Assembly (NCBI GenBank): GCA_963744145.1
Contig: CAVUSO010000001.1
Span: 2,592,001 to 2,656,000, forward strand
Length of the DNA: 64,000 nucleotides
Source of the DNA: an uncultured cyanobacterium
Lineage (GTDB): Bacteria > Cyanobacteriota > Cyanobacteriia > Cyanobacteriales > CAWUOF01
Direction: 5' to 3'
The notes beneath the pieces are model-generated. The model made no database searches and was not told the origin of the DNA. It was given only the letters and a program-made list of their open reading frames with translations. The position numbers and the translations under genes were made by a program. Below are positions 20,343-28,754 of the stretch, piece after piece. Within the stretch, counting starts at the first letter, position 1. The number at the start of each line of letters is the position of its first letter.

Positions 20343-20645
20343 ATGGATTCAGAAAAAGACGATAAAAAACTAACTATAACAGAGATGATCAAATCTGGTC
20401 AATTACAAAGTATCTATTTTAACGAGTTTGGTATTGGAGTTTCTAAGCATGATATTTTCATATTATTAAGACGTAATGGAAAAGAAGAAGCAATACTCAA
20501 CGCATCTCACATTACAGCTAAATCACTTGTAAGTTCTCTAGGTGAGGCTCTGAGAAGATTTGAAACTAAAACAAATCAAACCATACCGGATTCAGATGAA
20601 ATTGAAAAATTAATGGCGGAGCAAGATGAGGACAATGAGCAATGA
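20343..20645 (+). CDS. Hypothetical protein, DUF3467-like
   Basis: IYFNEF...DIFILL...ILNASHITAKSL...L...L..FE...I pattern. ATG 20343 is preceded by AAGG. Family call is by eye only. Confidence 0.5.
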   Translation: MDSEKDDKKLTITEMIKSGQLQSIYFNEFGIGVSKHDIFILLRRNGKEEAILNASHITAKSLVSSLGEALRRFETKTNQTIPDSDEIEKLMAEQDEDNEQ

Positions 20646-21228
20646 GCAGAAGGATAAATCTTCTTCTTTTTTTTACGATTTTAAATTGAAGACAATAGAT
20701 AAAAGTCGGTTTTATATTCCAGAAAAAAGCCCTCCATTTGTTTATATGGAATCCAAGTCGAAAAATCTCGAAATACCAAGAAATAAATCAAGTAAAAGAG
20801 ATGAAATAGATAAATTATCGACATTTGAAGAAATACTTAAATATGGAATTGATGCTATTAAGTTGAAGGATGATTATTTTTTCAACCGGATTTGTGAATT
20901 AAAAGAATTATGCGATTCAGAAGAAGACTATGATGTTTCTTTGGAATCGCTTAAAACCATGTTTTTATTTGTTGAAGCAATTGGAAGTATTTCTAAACCG
21001 AGTAGCTTAACTGTAAGTGAAAGTGGTCTTTTTTATTTAGAATGGGAGCGAGATAGAAACAATTCAATAACCGTGCGGTTCAAAAAAGATTATTTCTTAG
21101 ACTATGTTATTTTTAAGCCAAGTTTGCATATAAAGAAACGAATTACCTTGAATGGTTCAATGTATGCTCTTGATCTAATTGATTATCTGAGCGATTTAAA
21201 CATAAAATATATCAAAAAATATAAATAA
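20626..21228 (+). CDS. Hypothetical protein, putative antitoxin/immunity-like
   Basis: Intact ORF overlapping the upstream stop. C-terminal RI.EL...D...P.....SG.FYLEW......I.V.F domain. Confidence 0.55.
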   Translation: MRTMSNEQKDKSSSFFYDFKLKTIDKSRFYIPEKSPPFVYMESKSKNLEIPRNKSSKRDEIDKLSTFEEILKYGIDAIKLKDDYFFNRICELKELCDSEEDYDVSLESLKTMFLFVEAIGSISKPSSLTVSESGLFYLEWERDRNNSITVRFKKDYFLDYVIFKPSLHIKKRITLNGSMYALDLIDYLSDLNIKYIKKYK

Positions 21229-21239
21229 GAAAAATCAAG

Positions 21240-21662
21240 ATGACAGAAATAGAAACTGGTAATGTTACTCGCTATTGTAAACCCTCAACTTTGGAAAATG
21301 GAATACCAAAGAGTTCTAGTTTTGAAAGACGAAGGGATGAAAAATATTTGTCGGTTTATTGGCTTGAATTCTTTGGTGAGGAAACAGAAGTAGAAAACAT
21401 TAAAGAAGTTAAAAGGTCTATGGAACAAAAAAGTTTTACTTGTAAACCTAATGGCTCTTTTGCTATTATTAATATCCAGCAATCAAAAGAATATATCTTT
21501 GAAAAATAATCATTATATATTTCCTATAGAGAACAGAACTTACCTCATTGTGGTATTTTCCATGAGTCTGACGATCTATTAATTGCCAAGTTGCTTGCTG
21601 AGTACGTTCAGAACAATTATCCCGTTAGAAATCTCGCCGATTCAACGATTTCACCCTCATAA
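21240..21662 (+). pseudogene. Putative ADP-ribosyltransferase-like toxin with an in-frame TAA at 21507-21509
   Basis: VTRY...SSF.....YLSVYW...FAII, then after TAA the same frame continues SLYISYREQNLPHCGIFHESDDLLIAKLLA... to TAA at 21660-21662. R-S-H motif order. Confidence 0.55.
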
Positions 21663-21743
21663 CCGTCTGAAAAATTGCCGATCTAAAAAGTAACTAATGC
21701 CTACTCTGGACAGCTAGTAACTATTTAATCTCATTATCGATCT

Positions 21744-21881
21744 GCTCAAGATATCGAAATCTTTGAAGCAGCACGAGTCGAAAATGCTGTGATTATGACC
21801 AAAAATAGTGACTTCATCGACTTGGTATGTCGTTTAGGATCACCTCCTCAAATTTTGGGGCTAACCTGGGGCATATTTTAG
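21744..21881 (+). pseudogene. DUF5615 (VapC45-like PIN toxin) internal fragment
   Basis: AQDIEIFEAARVENAVIMTKNSDFIDLVCRLGSPPQILGLTWG; family pattern D.EI...A......I.TKD.DF......G.PP. Confidence 0.75.
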
Positions 21882-21949
21882 TAAGTTTCAAGGGCGATCG
21901 CACCTGGACTAATGCCAGATTTCTAAGCAAGAAATAGATCAGATCTTTA

Positions 21950-23269
21950 CTAACTTCTAACGCAAACAGCAGTTTCATAAAGACGTTTTCTTCCTCCCCT
22001 TTTTCTGAAAGAGATTATTCTTTCAACTTCAAAACCTTCATGCTTAAAAAGCTTACCCAAGATCGATTCAGTAAATATTTCTACCCCTGAAAGTCTAGAA
22101 TTTCCGAGAATATATGCACCTTGAAATCTAGTTGTATTAACTTCCTTAAGAGATTTTATGTGCTTCCACATATCAATAAAGTATTTGGTCGCATAATTAC
22201 ACATCAATACACTTTTATCTTGCAGTTTTTCGTAATAGCAAAGATATGATTTAATGTCAGGAGGAACTACAATCAATTCCTTCTCTAGAACAGAAGTAGC
22301 TCTACCCCAGGTTCCACCAATTGCCTGCAAATCAATCTCTGTAGCTTGTCTAACATGATCTAAAACTTCCATGAAGTGCAATTGTGGTCTAGTTTGATGA
22401 ACGTAACTATATCGATTTGGATAAGGAGGTGAAGTGATGACAAAATTAACAGGACAATTGATTTGTTTTTTCAAATTATCAGTTGAGTTTCCTAGTTGAA
22501 TTGAGCCAAGTTCTGAAAATGAGATTTCTGCAATATTTAGACTTATTAAATCATTGTAGATCACCCCTAAATTTTTGCTGACCTCGGCAAAGACATCAAT
22601 TTTTCTTTGATGATTGTCATCAAAAGTAATTGTGGGATGATTCCTGTGAATATTTGCACAATCTAAACAGGCTTGATTTAAAGCAAGCCATAAATAATCT
22701 TTAACTGGATAATATGCTGATTTTAACATGATTTCACGAAAGATAATCAAATCTTTAAGTACATTTTTTTTCCACCATCTAAACACATTGTGAATAATGG
22801 GAATACTTGTATTGAAAGCTTCAATAACAGCTTCGAGAGAAAATTCTTTAAACTTCTCGATCAAACTACGTCCCTCTGTAAGATATTTCTCAAATAGATG
22901 AAGATTGTCTATATTCCATGTCAGAGATTTACAGCCAACTTGTTGTAATAAAGGGTTGATTTCAATTCCTAGAGCCTTTATTCCCTGTTTTTGGCATTCT
23001 ATAGATGTTGTCCCTCTCCCGCTAAATGGATCAACGACAAAATGTTCTCTAGTAATTTGCAATTCTTTAATCAAAAATCTTACTAAGCTTGGCGAGTAGC
23101 TTGGAGTAAGACGATACCATCTATGAACCGACTCAATCTGTCCTGCTTTGAAAGTAATATCTCCTAAATCTATTTCCTGATAATCAAAACCAGACTCTTG
23201 GATATTTCTCTGAAAACACCTCGGATTATCATTGAGATCTGATTCAAATAGTGATAATTGCTGAAACAT
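21950..23269 (-). CDS. Amino-DNA methyltransferase (probably N4-cytosine), no adjacent restriction gene recognised
   Basis: Motif I DPFSGRGTT precedes catalytic motif IV ITSPPY; VHRWY N-terminal motif. Confidence 0.85.
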   Translation of the reverse strand: MFQQLSLFESDLNDNPRCFQRNIQESGFDYQEIDLGDITFKAGQIESVHRWYRLTPSYSPSLVRFLIKELQITREHFVVDPFSGRGTTSIECQKQGIKALGIEINPLLQQVGCKSLTWNIDNLHLFEKYLTEGRSLIEKFKEFSLEAVIEAFNTSIPIIHNVFRWWKKNVLKDLIIFREIMLKSAYYPVKDYLWLALNQACLDCANIHRNHPTITFDDNHQRKIDVFAEVSKNLGVIYNDLISLNIAEISFSELGSIQLGNSTDNLKKQINCPVNFVITSPPYPNRYSYVHQTRPQLHFMEVLDHVRQATEIDLQAIGGTWGRATSVLEKELIVVPPDIKSYLCYYEKLQDKSVLMCNYATKYFIDMWKHIKSLKEVNTTRFQGAYILGNSRLSGVEIFTESILGKLFKHEGFEVERIISFRKRGGRKRLYETAVCVRS

Positions 23270-23462
23270 AGATACTAGGACGACAAATTGCTATTTAAAA
23301 GTAGCATAATTTGCTTGGTTTGACAATCAGTTAATGGAATTTAACACCCAGTCTTTACCCTTTTCTGGGTTTGGTTGTGCGTCGGGATGGTTGGTATTGA
23401 CTCGGTTAGATGGTATTTTGATGCGATCGCGATCTAAAAACTAATTACAGTTAATTTAATCC

Positions 23463-23536
23463 GCGATCGCCCCATCTCCATGCTCAGAAAAGCCATCTTG
23501 ATTCTAACCCGATTACTCGATTAATCGCGATCGCCA
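23463..23536. repeat. 74-bp direct repeat, copy 1, with HIP1 at both ends
   Basis: GCGATCGCCCCATCTCCATGCTCAGAAAAGCCATCTTGATTCTAACCCGATTACTCGA-tt-AATCGCGATCGCCA. Confidence 0.9.
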
Positions 23537-23617
23537 CTGAATCCCAAAAATCTACTTCTTTTTTTGGCGAAGGCTCCTTAAGGAGCTTTTGTTATTTGAG
23601 AGGGAGATGAAAAAGTT

Positions 23618-24565
23618 TCAGCTAGATTGTCTGCCAAACTGAGTTAACAACTCCTGATAAGACAAATTTAAAAGTAACTCAGTACGTTGTTTCACAGGAA
23701 GTAACATCAAAGAATCAACAATGGTAGATAATTCGGTGGTGATCGCCCCAAACCTAAATTCAAGCAGGTTTTCCACCATCAAACGCTGTCCTTGTAAACT
23801 TCCTTCTTGTATTCCTTCGCGCATTCCTTCGCGCATTCCTTCGCGCATTCCTTGAAGTAAAACATCTTCTCGCCAACGCAGATAAGCTGGTGATAAGTTC
23901 ATAATTAACTCCTGATCATCTTCAGTTAAATTTTCGCTTTGTTCTATATTCAATCGCCAGTTAGAAAGCATTTCTAGGATATTGGTTCGTAATGGTGACG
24001 AAAGAGGAAGTTCGACTACTTCCTGAATTGCCCCTTTTTGGGTTCCTTTCTTGCCCAAGACTCTTACCCAAAGAGTTGCTGGGGTTACGGGTAGTTTATT
24101 AATTGCGACCAAAGCAATTTTTTGCAACTTCGGCAGAAAATAAACACCTTGAGGCCAATCGCCATTCTCATCTAGTTTAGCACCAAATCCATTTAGTAAT
24201 GTAGCCGAAGCGGAGGGTGACAGTATCCATAAATGGGGTAAACTAGCTTCAGATAAAGAAATTCCTTCTCGTCTAGCTTGACGTTTGAGATGGTTGTGGG
24301 CAGAATTCAATTTGCTTTGGCAATCACGGATCTCAGCAGGTGTAGGTGAATTGCGAAAAGGTTCAAACAAACAAGTTTTTGTGGCCATCTGACCTAATAA
24401 ACCCAATATTTCCAGTTGTGCAGATGGTAACTGTGTTGGCTCAAACCAGACATCAATCAAACGAGCTTCTGAAGAGATTTCTCGGCTGGTTTCTACTTGA
24501 CCTAAAGGCGATAATAACTCTTCCAAATATTGTTTGGCAAATTGATCGTGAGGCTGTCGTGTCAT
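23618..24565 (-). CDS. Rpn/YhgA-like PD-(D/E)XK protein (cyanobacterial MTR.PHDQFAKQYL family)
   Basis: HDQFAKQYL, EARLIDVWF, LFEPFR and the C-terminal EG..EG repeats with RFG helix. Confidence 0.8.
   Translation of the reverse strand: MTRQPHDQFAKQYLEELLSPLGQVETSREISSEARLIDVWFEPTQLPSAQLEILGLLGQMATKTCLFEPFRNSPTPAEIRDCQSKLNSAHNHLKRQARREGISLSEASLPHLWILSPSASATLLNGFGAKLDENGDWPQGVYFLPKLQKIALVAINKLPVTPATLWVRVLGKKGTQKGAIQEVVELPLSSPLRTNILEMLSNWRLNIEQSENLTEDDQELIMNLSPAYLRWREDVLLQGMREGMREGMREGIQEGSLQGQRLMVENLLEFRFGAITTELSTIVDSLMLLPVKQRTELLLNLSYQELLTQFGRQSS
23811..23853. repeat. 12-bp tandem repeat (ATTCCTTCGCGC, about 3.5 copies) encoding GMRE repeats
   Basis: Direct inspection. Confidence 0.85.
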
Positions 24566-24667
24566 TTACTTATTAAGACATCAAAAATATCATTATATCA
24601 TTGTTTAAGTATTGAAGCGTAAATGCCCTACACTTAACTGAACTGTATTGCTATATAAAGATCAACT

Positions 24668-24741
24668 GCGATCGCCCCATCTCCATGCTCAGAAAAGCCA
24701 TCTTGATTCTAACCCGATTACTCGAGCAATCGCGATCGCCA
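24668..24741. repeat. 74-bp direct repeat, copy 2, with HIP1 at both ends
   Basis: Identical to 23463-23536 except TT>GC. Confidence 0.9.
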
Positions 24742-24798
24742 ACCACATTAACAGCAGAGTGATCGCACTTGATCGGGCTTGACATGATTAGAAGGAAT

Positions 24799-25503
24799 TC
24801 AAAAGGGAAGTTCTTCCTCTTCTTGATCATTTTTTATTGGTAAATCCCGTAATTCGATCACAGCAGCGATTAGTTTCCAACAAGGATCGCCCTCTTTTTC
24901 CCAATCAGAGGGTCGCCAAGGCATACTTAAACTAACTGTTACTAAGCAAGGATGTTGAGGACGATATCCTAATTCTAAAATTCTCACAAATGCCGGATCG
25001 GTAATAGTGGCTGTCAATTTTTGATGTTGAGCTGTCTCTAGGGTAGCTTCCCATTTTTTACTATCTTCAAATCGCGCTCCTAGCGATCGCACTGATAATT
25101 TTACCGCTAAAATTAACTGAAGTGTATAACGCTGAGAAAAAGGTAATGACTGCATAAAATCTATAGTCACATACCGCTGCTCGTTATGAAGAATATATTT
25201 TTCCTGACTGCAAAATTTGAGCAAATCACTAGCAGATGCTCGTTTCAATCTGCGCCATTCTCCTGGTAAAATAGAAAGATTCTCGCATTCAAACCCGAAA
25301 TCAGGTCCGGTATGGGCTAAGGGAATTTCTAAAATGTCTAATAGTGCAGGTTCTAATCTGCTAATCTGTCTCATTTCTTTGGGAACTCTCCCATCAGGTA
25401 AGTCTGATACTGGACGAATCCATTGTCCAGTATTGGGATTAATTCCTGCAATGCACCGATCGCCACGTTTCCAAGAATTTGCTAAACAAATTATTCTAGT
25501 CAT
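24799..25503 (-). CDS. Dual OB-fold domain-containing protein
   Basis: IICLANSWKRGDRCIAG...WIRPVS...ITDP...VSLS.P...CWKLIAAVI. ATG 25503 overlaps the upstream stop (ATGA). Confidence 0.8.
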   Translation of the reverse strand: MTRIICLANSWKRGDRCIAGINPNTGQWIRPVSDLPDGRVPKEMRQISRLEPALLDILEIPLAHTGPDFGFECENLSILPGEWRRLKRASASDLLKFCSQEKYILHNEQRYVTIDFMQSLPFSQRYTLQLILAVKLSVRSLGARFEDSKKWEATLETAQHQKLTATITDPAFVRILELGYRPQHPCLVTVSLSMPWRPSDWEKEGDPCWKLIAAVIELRDLPIKNDQEEEELPF

Positions 25504-25952
25504 AGATGGTTTATATTCATGTTTCCCCATTTGTTTTGCAGATATTCTGCTACTAAACGACGATGACAATGATGTGGTTTAGCTTCACTACAGAGCAGAC
25601 ATCCATCATTAAATATCTGAGGTGATATTTTTTGTTCAATCTCGCGATCGCTGATCAATTGCAAAAATTTTTTCTCATAATTATCCCAATCTCCACCATG
25701 CTTTTTATATTCATCTAAAATATCCTTAGTCGGTGCTAAGTCTAAAATATGAATATATTCAATCTGACCGATTTTGGTTAAGAAATACTCTAAATCTTTG
25801 CGTTTGGCAAATCCTGCTAATTGAGAAATATTATTGAGTCTAGTATCAATTACTCGTCGGACTCCAGCATTCACTAAGGTATCAAAAAATTCTTGGGCAG
25901 TTTTTTGGGTAAATCCGATCGTAAACAAATTGATTGGCTCATTCAGGTGCAT
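25500..25952 (-). CDS. DUF488 family protein
   Basis: LFTIGFT, IDTRLNN.SQLAGF, LLCSE....CHRRLVAEYL. Confidence 0.9.
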   Translation of the reverse strand: MHLNEPINLFTIGFTQKTAQEFFDTLVNAGVRRVIDTRLNNISQLAGFAKRKDLEYFLTKIGQIEYIHILDLAPTKDILDEYKKHGGDWDNYEKKFLQLISDREIEQKISPQIFNDGCLLCSEAKPHHCHRRLVAEYLQNKWGNMNINHL

Positions 25953-26571
25953 GGTTAGGTTTCTCCGATTTTACATAAGCAATCTCTAATCCTTGTTTAT
26001 CATAAGCTGTTTCTAAATCTATTTCTACTAACTCAGGTGAGGTAAATAAGTTTAACTGAATTGGTTGATTTAAGTCATTTTTATTAAACTTTGCTAATAA
26101 CCTTTTTTCTAATTGAGCGTGGGATTCCAATTCTCCATCTGGTAAAATATGATAAATTGAGACTTGCTCTTTTTTTTGTAACTCTCGACCAATTAAAATT
26201 GTCCGGTGACAGGTAAGCGGATCTTTTTCTGCACACATTAAAGCAATTTTATAAGCTGCTAAACCTTTAAGTACCCGCTCAATTCCTTGGGAAAATAATT
26301 CAGTAGCTGCAATTCTTTCATAAAGGGCTTTACCAGTAAAATCATAACAACTTTCTGCTTCTGGTCTTGCTCCTAATTCTCGACCGAGAAAAACATACTG
26401 AATCCCTGCACTTACCAGAGCTGTTTTACAATTAGCTTGGTTAAAATGGGTGAGATAACGACTATATGGATGCGATCGCACATCAGCGATCGCTGTAATT
26501 TGATGTTGGTGTAGTAAGGAAATAAAATCTGCCATACTCAGATTAGAATGTCCGATCGTAAATAGTTCCAT
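25939..26571 (-). CDS. DUF488 family protein
   Basis: MELFTIGHSN, DVRSHPYSR, LMCAEKDPLTCHR. Start placed at ATG 26571. Confidence 0.9.
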   Translation of the reverse strand: MELFTIGHSNLSMADFISLLHQHQITAIADVRSHPYSRYLTHFNQANCKTALVSAGIQYVFLGRELGARPEAESCYDFTGKALYERIAATELFSQGIERVLKGLAAYKIALMCAEKDPLTCHRTILIGRELQKKEQVSIYHILPDGELESHAQLEKRLLAKFNKNDLNQPIQLNLFTSPELVEIDLETAYDKQGLEIAYVKSEKPNHAPE

Positions 26572-26754
26572 AAGCCAATTAAACGAAAAATCGGTATTAC
26601 TACCGATCACAAAATTTCGATCAAATCTTAATTTTGATTTTTAGCTATTTTCCTCAACCTTGACAGTGATACAAAACACAAATTTTTAACAGATTGGTCA
26701 CAAAACTTTTTTAATATTTCCTAGTTAACGATCGCGCTAATTTTAATTTCTGAT

Positions 26755-27384
26755 TTAACCTGGATTACCCATCTCTAATTTTCCTAACACAATTAAGCTT
26801 TCTAAATCTTCTAAAGCATCGGGAAGATAAGTTTTTACAACTTTTCTTACTAATTGTAAAGCCCTATCATTAGCGCATCCCAACATCCGACTCAGATCAC
26901 CAATATCAATACCACGACTAGCCTGTAATTTCATTAAAACTAGATAAGGTAACTCAATCACAGGTAACCCATCAGGAGCATGATTAGGTTTGCTCATTGC
27001 TTCTGTTACCCAAGATTGATTTGATTCAATTACATCTAAATAAGTCCCATCAGGTAATTGCCAAGTGCTACCACCAATGCTAAGGTCTGCAATCTTTATA
27101 CTACCTTTTGCGGCTAATTGTTGGTAGATATTGACCGCATCTTGAGCAAATACTAAAATATCTAAATCATCAGTCATCCGTTCGGGCATATAAAGACGAG
27201 TAGCAATCCCACCTACTACTACAAAAGGAACATTTTGGAGAAGGGCTTTTATATTAGTCACAGTCCGCTTCCAAGTTCTGCTATTTAAAAATTCTAAACT
27301 ACTACCTCGACCAGGACGACATCGACGTAGGGCAATTTCTATATATAGTTTGCGTCTTTGTTCTGGCAGCTTTAGATTTAGCAT
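26755..27384 (-). CDS. Pol-beta-fold nucleotidyltransferase (DUF6036/AbiEii-like)
   Basis: VVVGGIA..LY...R.TDDLDILV; L..MKL.A.R..D..DL. Confidence 0.75.
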   Translation of the reverse strand: MLNLKLPEQRRKLYIEIALRRCRPGRGSSLEFLNSRTWKRTVTNIKALLQNVPFVVVGGIATRLYMPERMTDDLDILVFAQDAVNIYQQLAAKGSIKIADLSIGGSTWQLPDGTYLDVIESNQSWVTEAMSKPNHAPDGLPVIELPYLVLMKLQASRGIDIGDLSRMLGCANDRALQLVRKVVKTYLPDALEDLESLIVLGKLEMGNPG

Positions 27385-27398
27385 TTTTTCGCCTAGTG

Positions 27399-28316
27399 CT
27401 AATGTTGATGATCGTGATTATAAAAAATTCTTGCCCCCGCCCAATTGAGCTTTTCTCGTAGAGTTCGGTAATAGGAAAAATCCTCTCGCAAAATGATAAA
27501 CTTGGCTCGACAATCAGCCATTTTCACATCCACCCGATGTCCTGGCCAAATCGGAGTGGCCAGGGTGCCATCCATCCATAACTTGTTATGCAAATTGTGA
27601 TCAACTAATGGCCAAATACTCACCACCGAACCAGCTGGTAAAACAATCGGACGACTAGAAAGACTCAAAGGACAAATTGGTGTAACCGCGATCGCTTCCA
27701 TCCCATCGTGGATAATTGGCCCATTAGCAGAAACCGTATAACAAGTAGAACCAGTGGGAGTCGCGACAATCAAACCATCCCCCTGATACTGATCTATCAC
27801 CTCATTATCAATTTCCATTTCTAAAATCGCCGTAATCATCCGATCGGCAGCCGCAGGTTTCACACACATCTCATTCAAAGCCAAAAAGCGATCGCTCATC
27901 GGCTCTCCTGGGCCACGTCCAGCAAACACGGTTGCTTGTAACATCATGCGTCGTTGTAGAGCATAGCGATCTTCTAACAACCGCTCCCACACCTGCTCCG
28001 TATCCTTAAATATTTCTAAAGACTCCGTTAAAAACCCCAAATGTCCGCCCGCGTTGATCGCCAAAATCGGAATTCCATCGGTCGCCAAATGTCTAGCCGC
28101 AGCTAATGCAGTGCCATCTCCACCCAATACTAAGGCGAGATCAATTTTTTGCATGGTTGATGCCAAAAAAACCGGGTAGGGATTATCTGTAGCCCCACTC
28201 GGTCCAACCAAAACGTGACAGCCGCGATTTTCTAATTGACGGGCACACTGTTCAGCCCAACGCTTACTTAGGGAATCTCCGGCTTTATAGGCAATAATGA
28301 CTTGGTTTAGCTCCAC
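27399..28316 (-). CDS. nadK: NAD(+) kinase
   Basis: GGDGT, GHLGFL, LNE, GDGLIVATPTGST.Y. Confidence 0.95.
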   Translation of the reverse strand: MELNQVIIAYKAGDSLSKRWAEQCARQLENRGCHVLVGPSGATDNPYPVFLASTMQKIDLALVLGGDGTALAAARHLATDGIPILAINAGGHLGFLTESLEIFKDTEQVWERLLEDRYALQRRMMLQATVFAGRGPGEPMSDRFLALNEMCVKPAAADRMITAILEMEIDNEVIDQYQGDGLIVATPTGSTCYTVSANGPIIHDGMEAIAVTPICPLSLSSRPIVLPAGSVVSIWPLVDHNLHNKLWMDGTLATPIWPGHRVDVKMADCRAKFIILREDFSYYRTLREKLNWAGARIFYNHDHQH

Positions 28317-28320
28317 CTAA

Positions 28321-28632
28321 TTACCATTTCAGCAGATTAAATTGCTCCATATCTACAGTATCACGATTCCGATAAATTGCTAAAACGATCGCCAAACCCA
28401 CCGCCGCTTCAGCCGCAGCAACCGTAATCACAAATACTGTAAATACCTGACCCTTAATTTCTTGGGGATCTAAAAAATTAGAAAAAGCCATCAAATTCAG
28501 ATTAACTGCATTCAGCAATAGCTCCACTGACATCAGCACTCGCACCGCATTACGACTAATAATTAAACCGTAAATTCCGATACAAAATAGCGCCGCCCCC
28601 AGGAGCAAAAAATATTGAAGTTGCAAAACCAT
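28321..28632 (-). CDS. ndhE: NDH-1 subunit 4L (NuoK)
   Basis: [32 protein letters not shown]. Confidence 0.97.
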   Translation of the reverse strand: MVLQLQYFLLLGAALFCIGIYGLIISRNAVRVLMSVELLLNAVNLNLMAFSNFLDPQEIKGQVFTVFVITVAAAEAAVGLAIVLAIYRNRDTVDMEQFNLLKW

Positions 28633-28707
28633 GAAACTCCTAGTAATTAATTAGAGTTAACTGCGATCGGATCGTTTCTCATCACCGATTAGGTGGAAAA
28701 ATCTGGT

Positions 28708-28733
28708 CAGGGCGTATTACCCTACGCCCCTAC
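28708..28733. repeat. REP-like palindrome (GGGCGTA...TACGCCCCTAC)
   Basis: Same family as 59360-59403. Confidence 0.6.
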
Positions 28734-28754
28734 GGGATATTCAGTTATTTTGAT

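Noticed and set aside
24632..24650. ACTTAACTGAACTGTATTG, resembling a cyanobacterial MITE/IS terminus
   Set aside because: Only one end was seen, with no partner inverted repeat in the window, so it cannot be supported.
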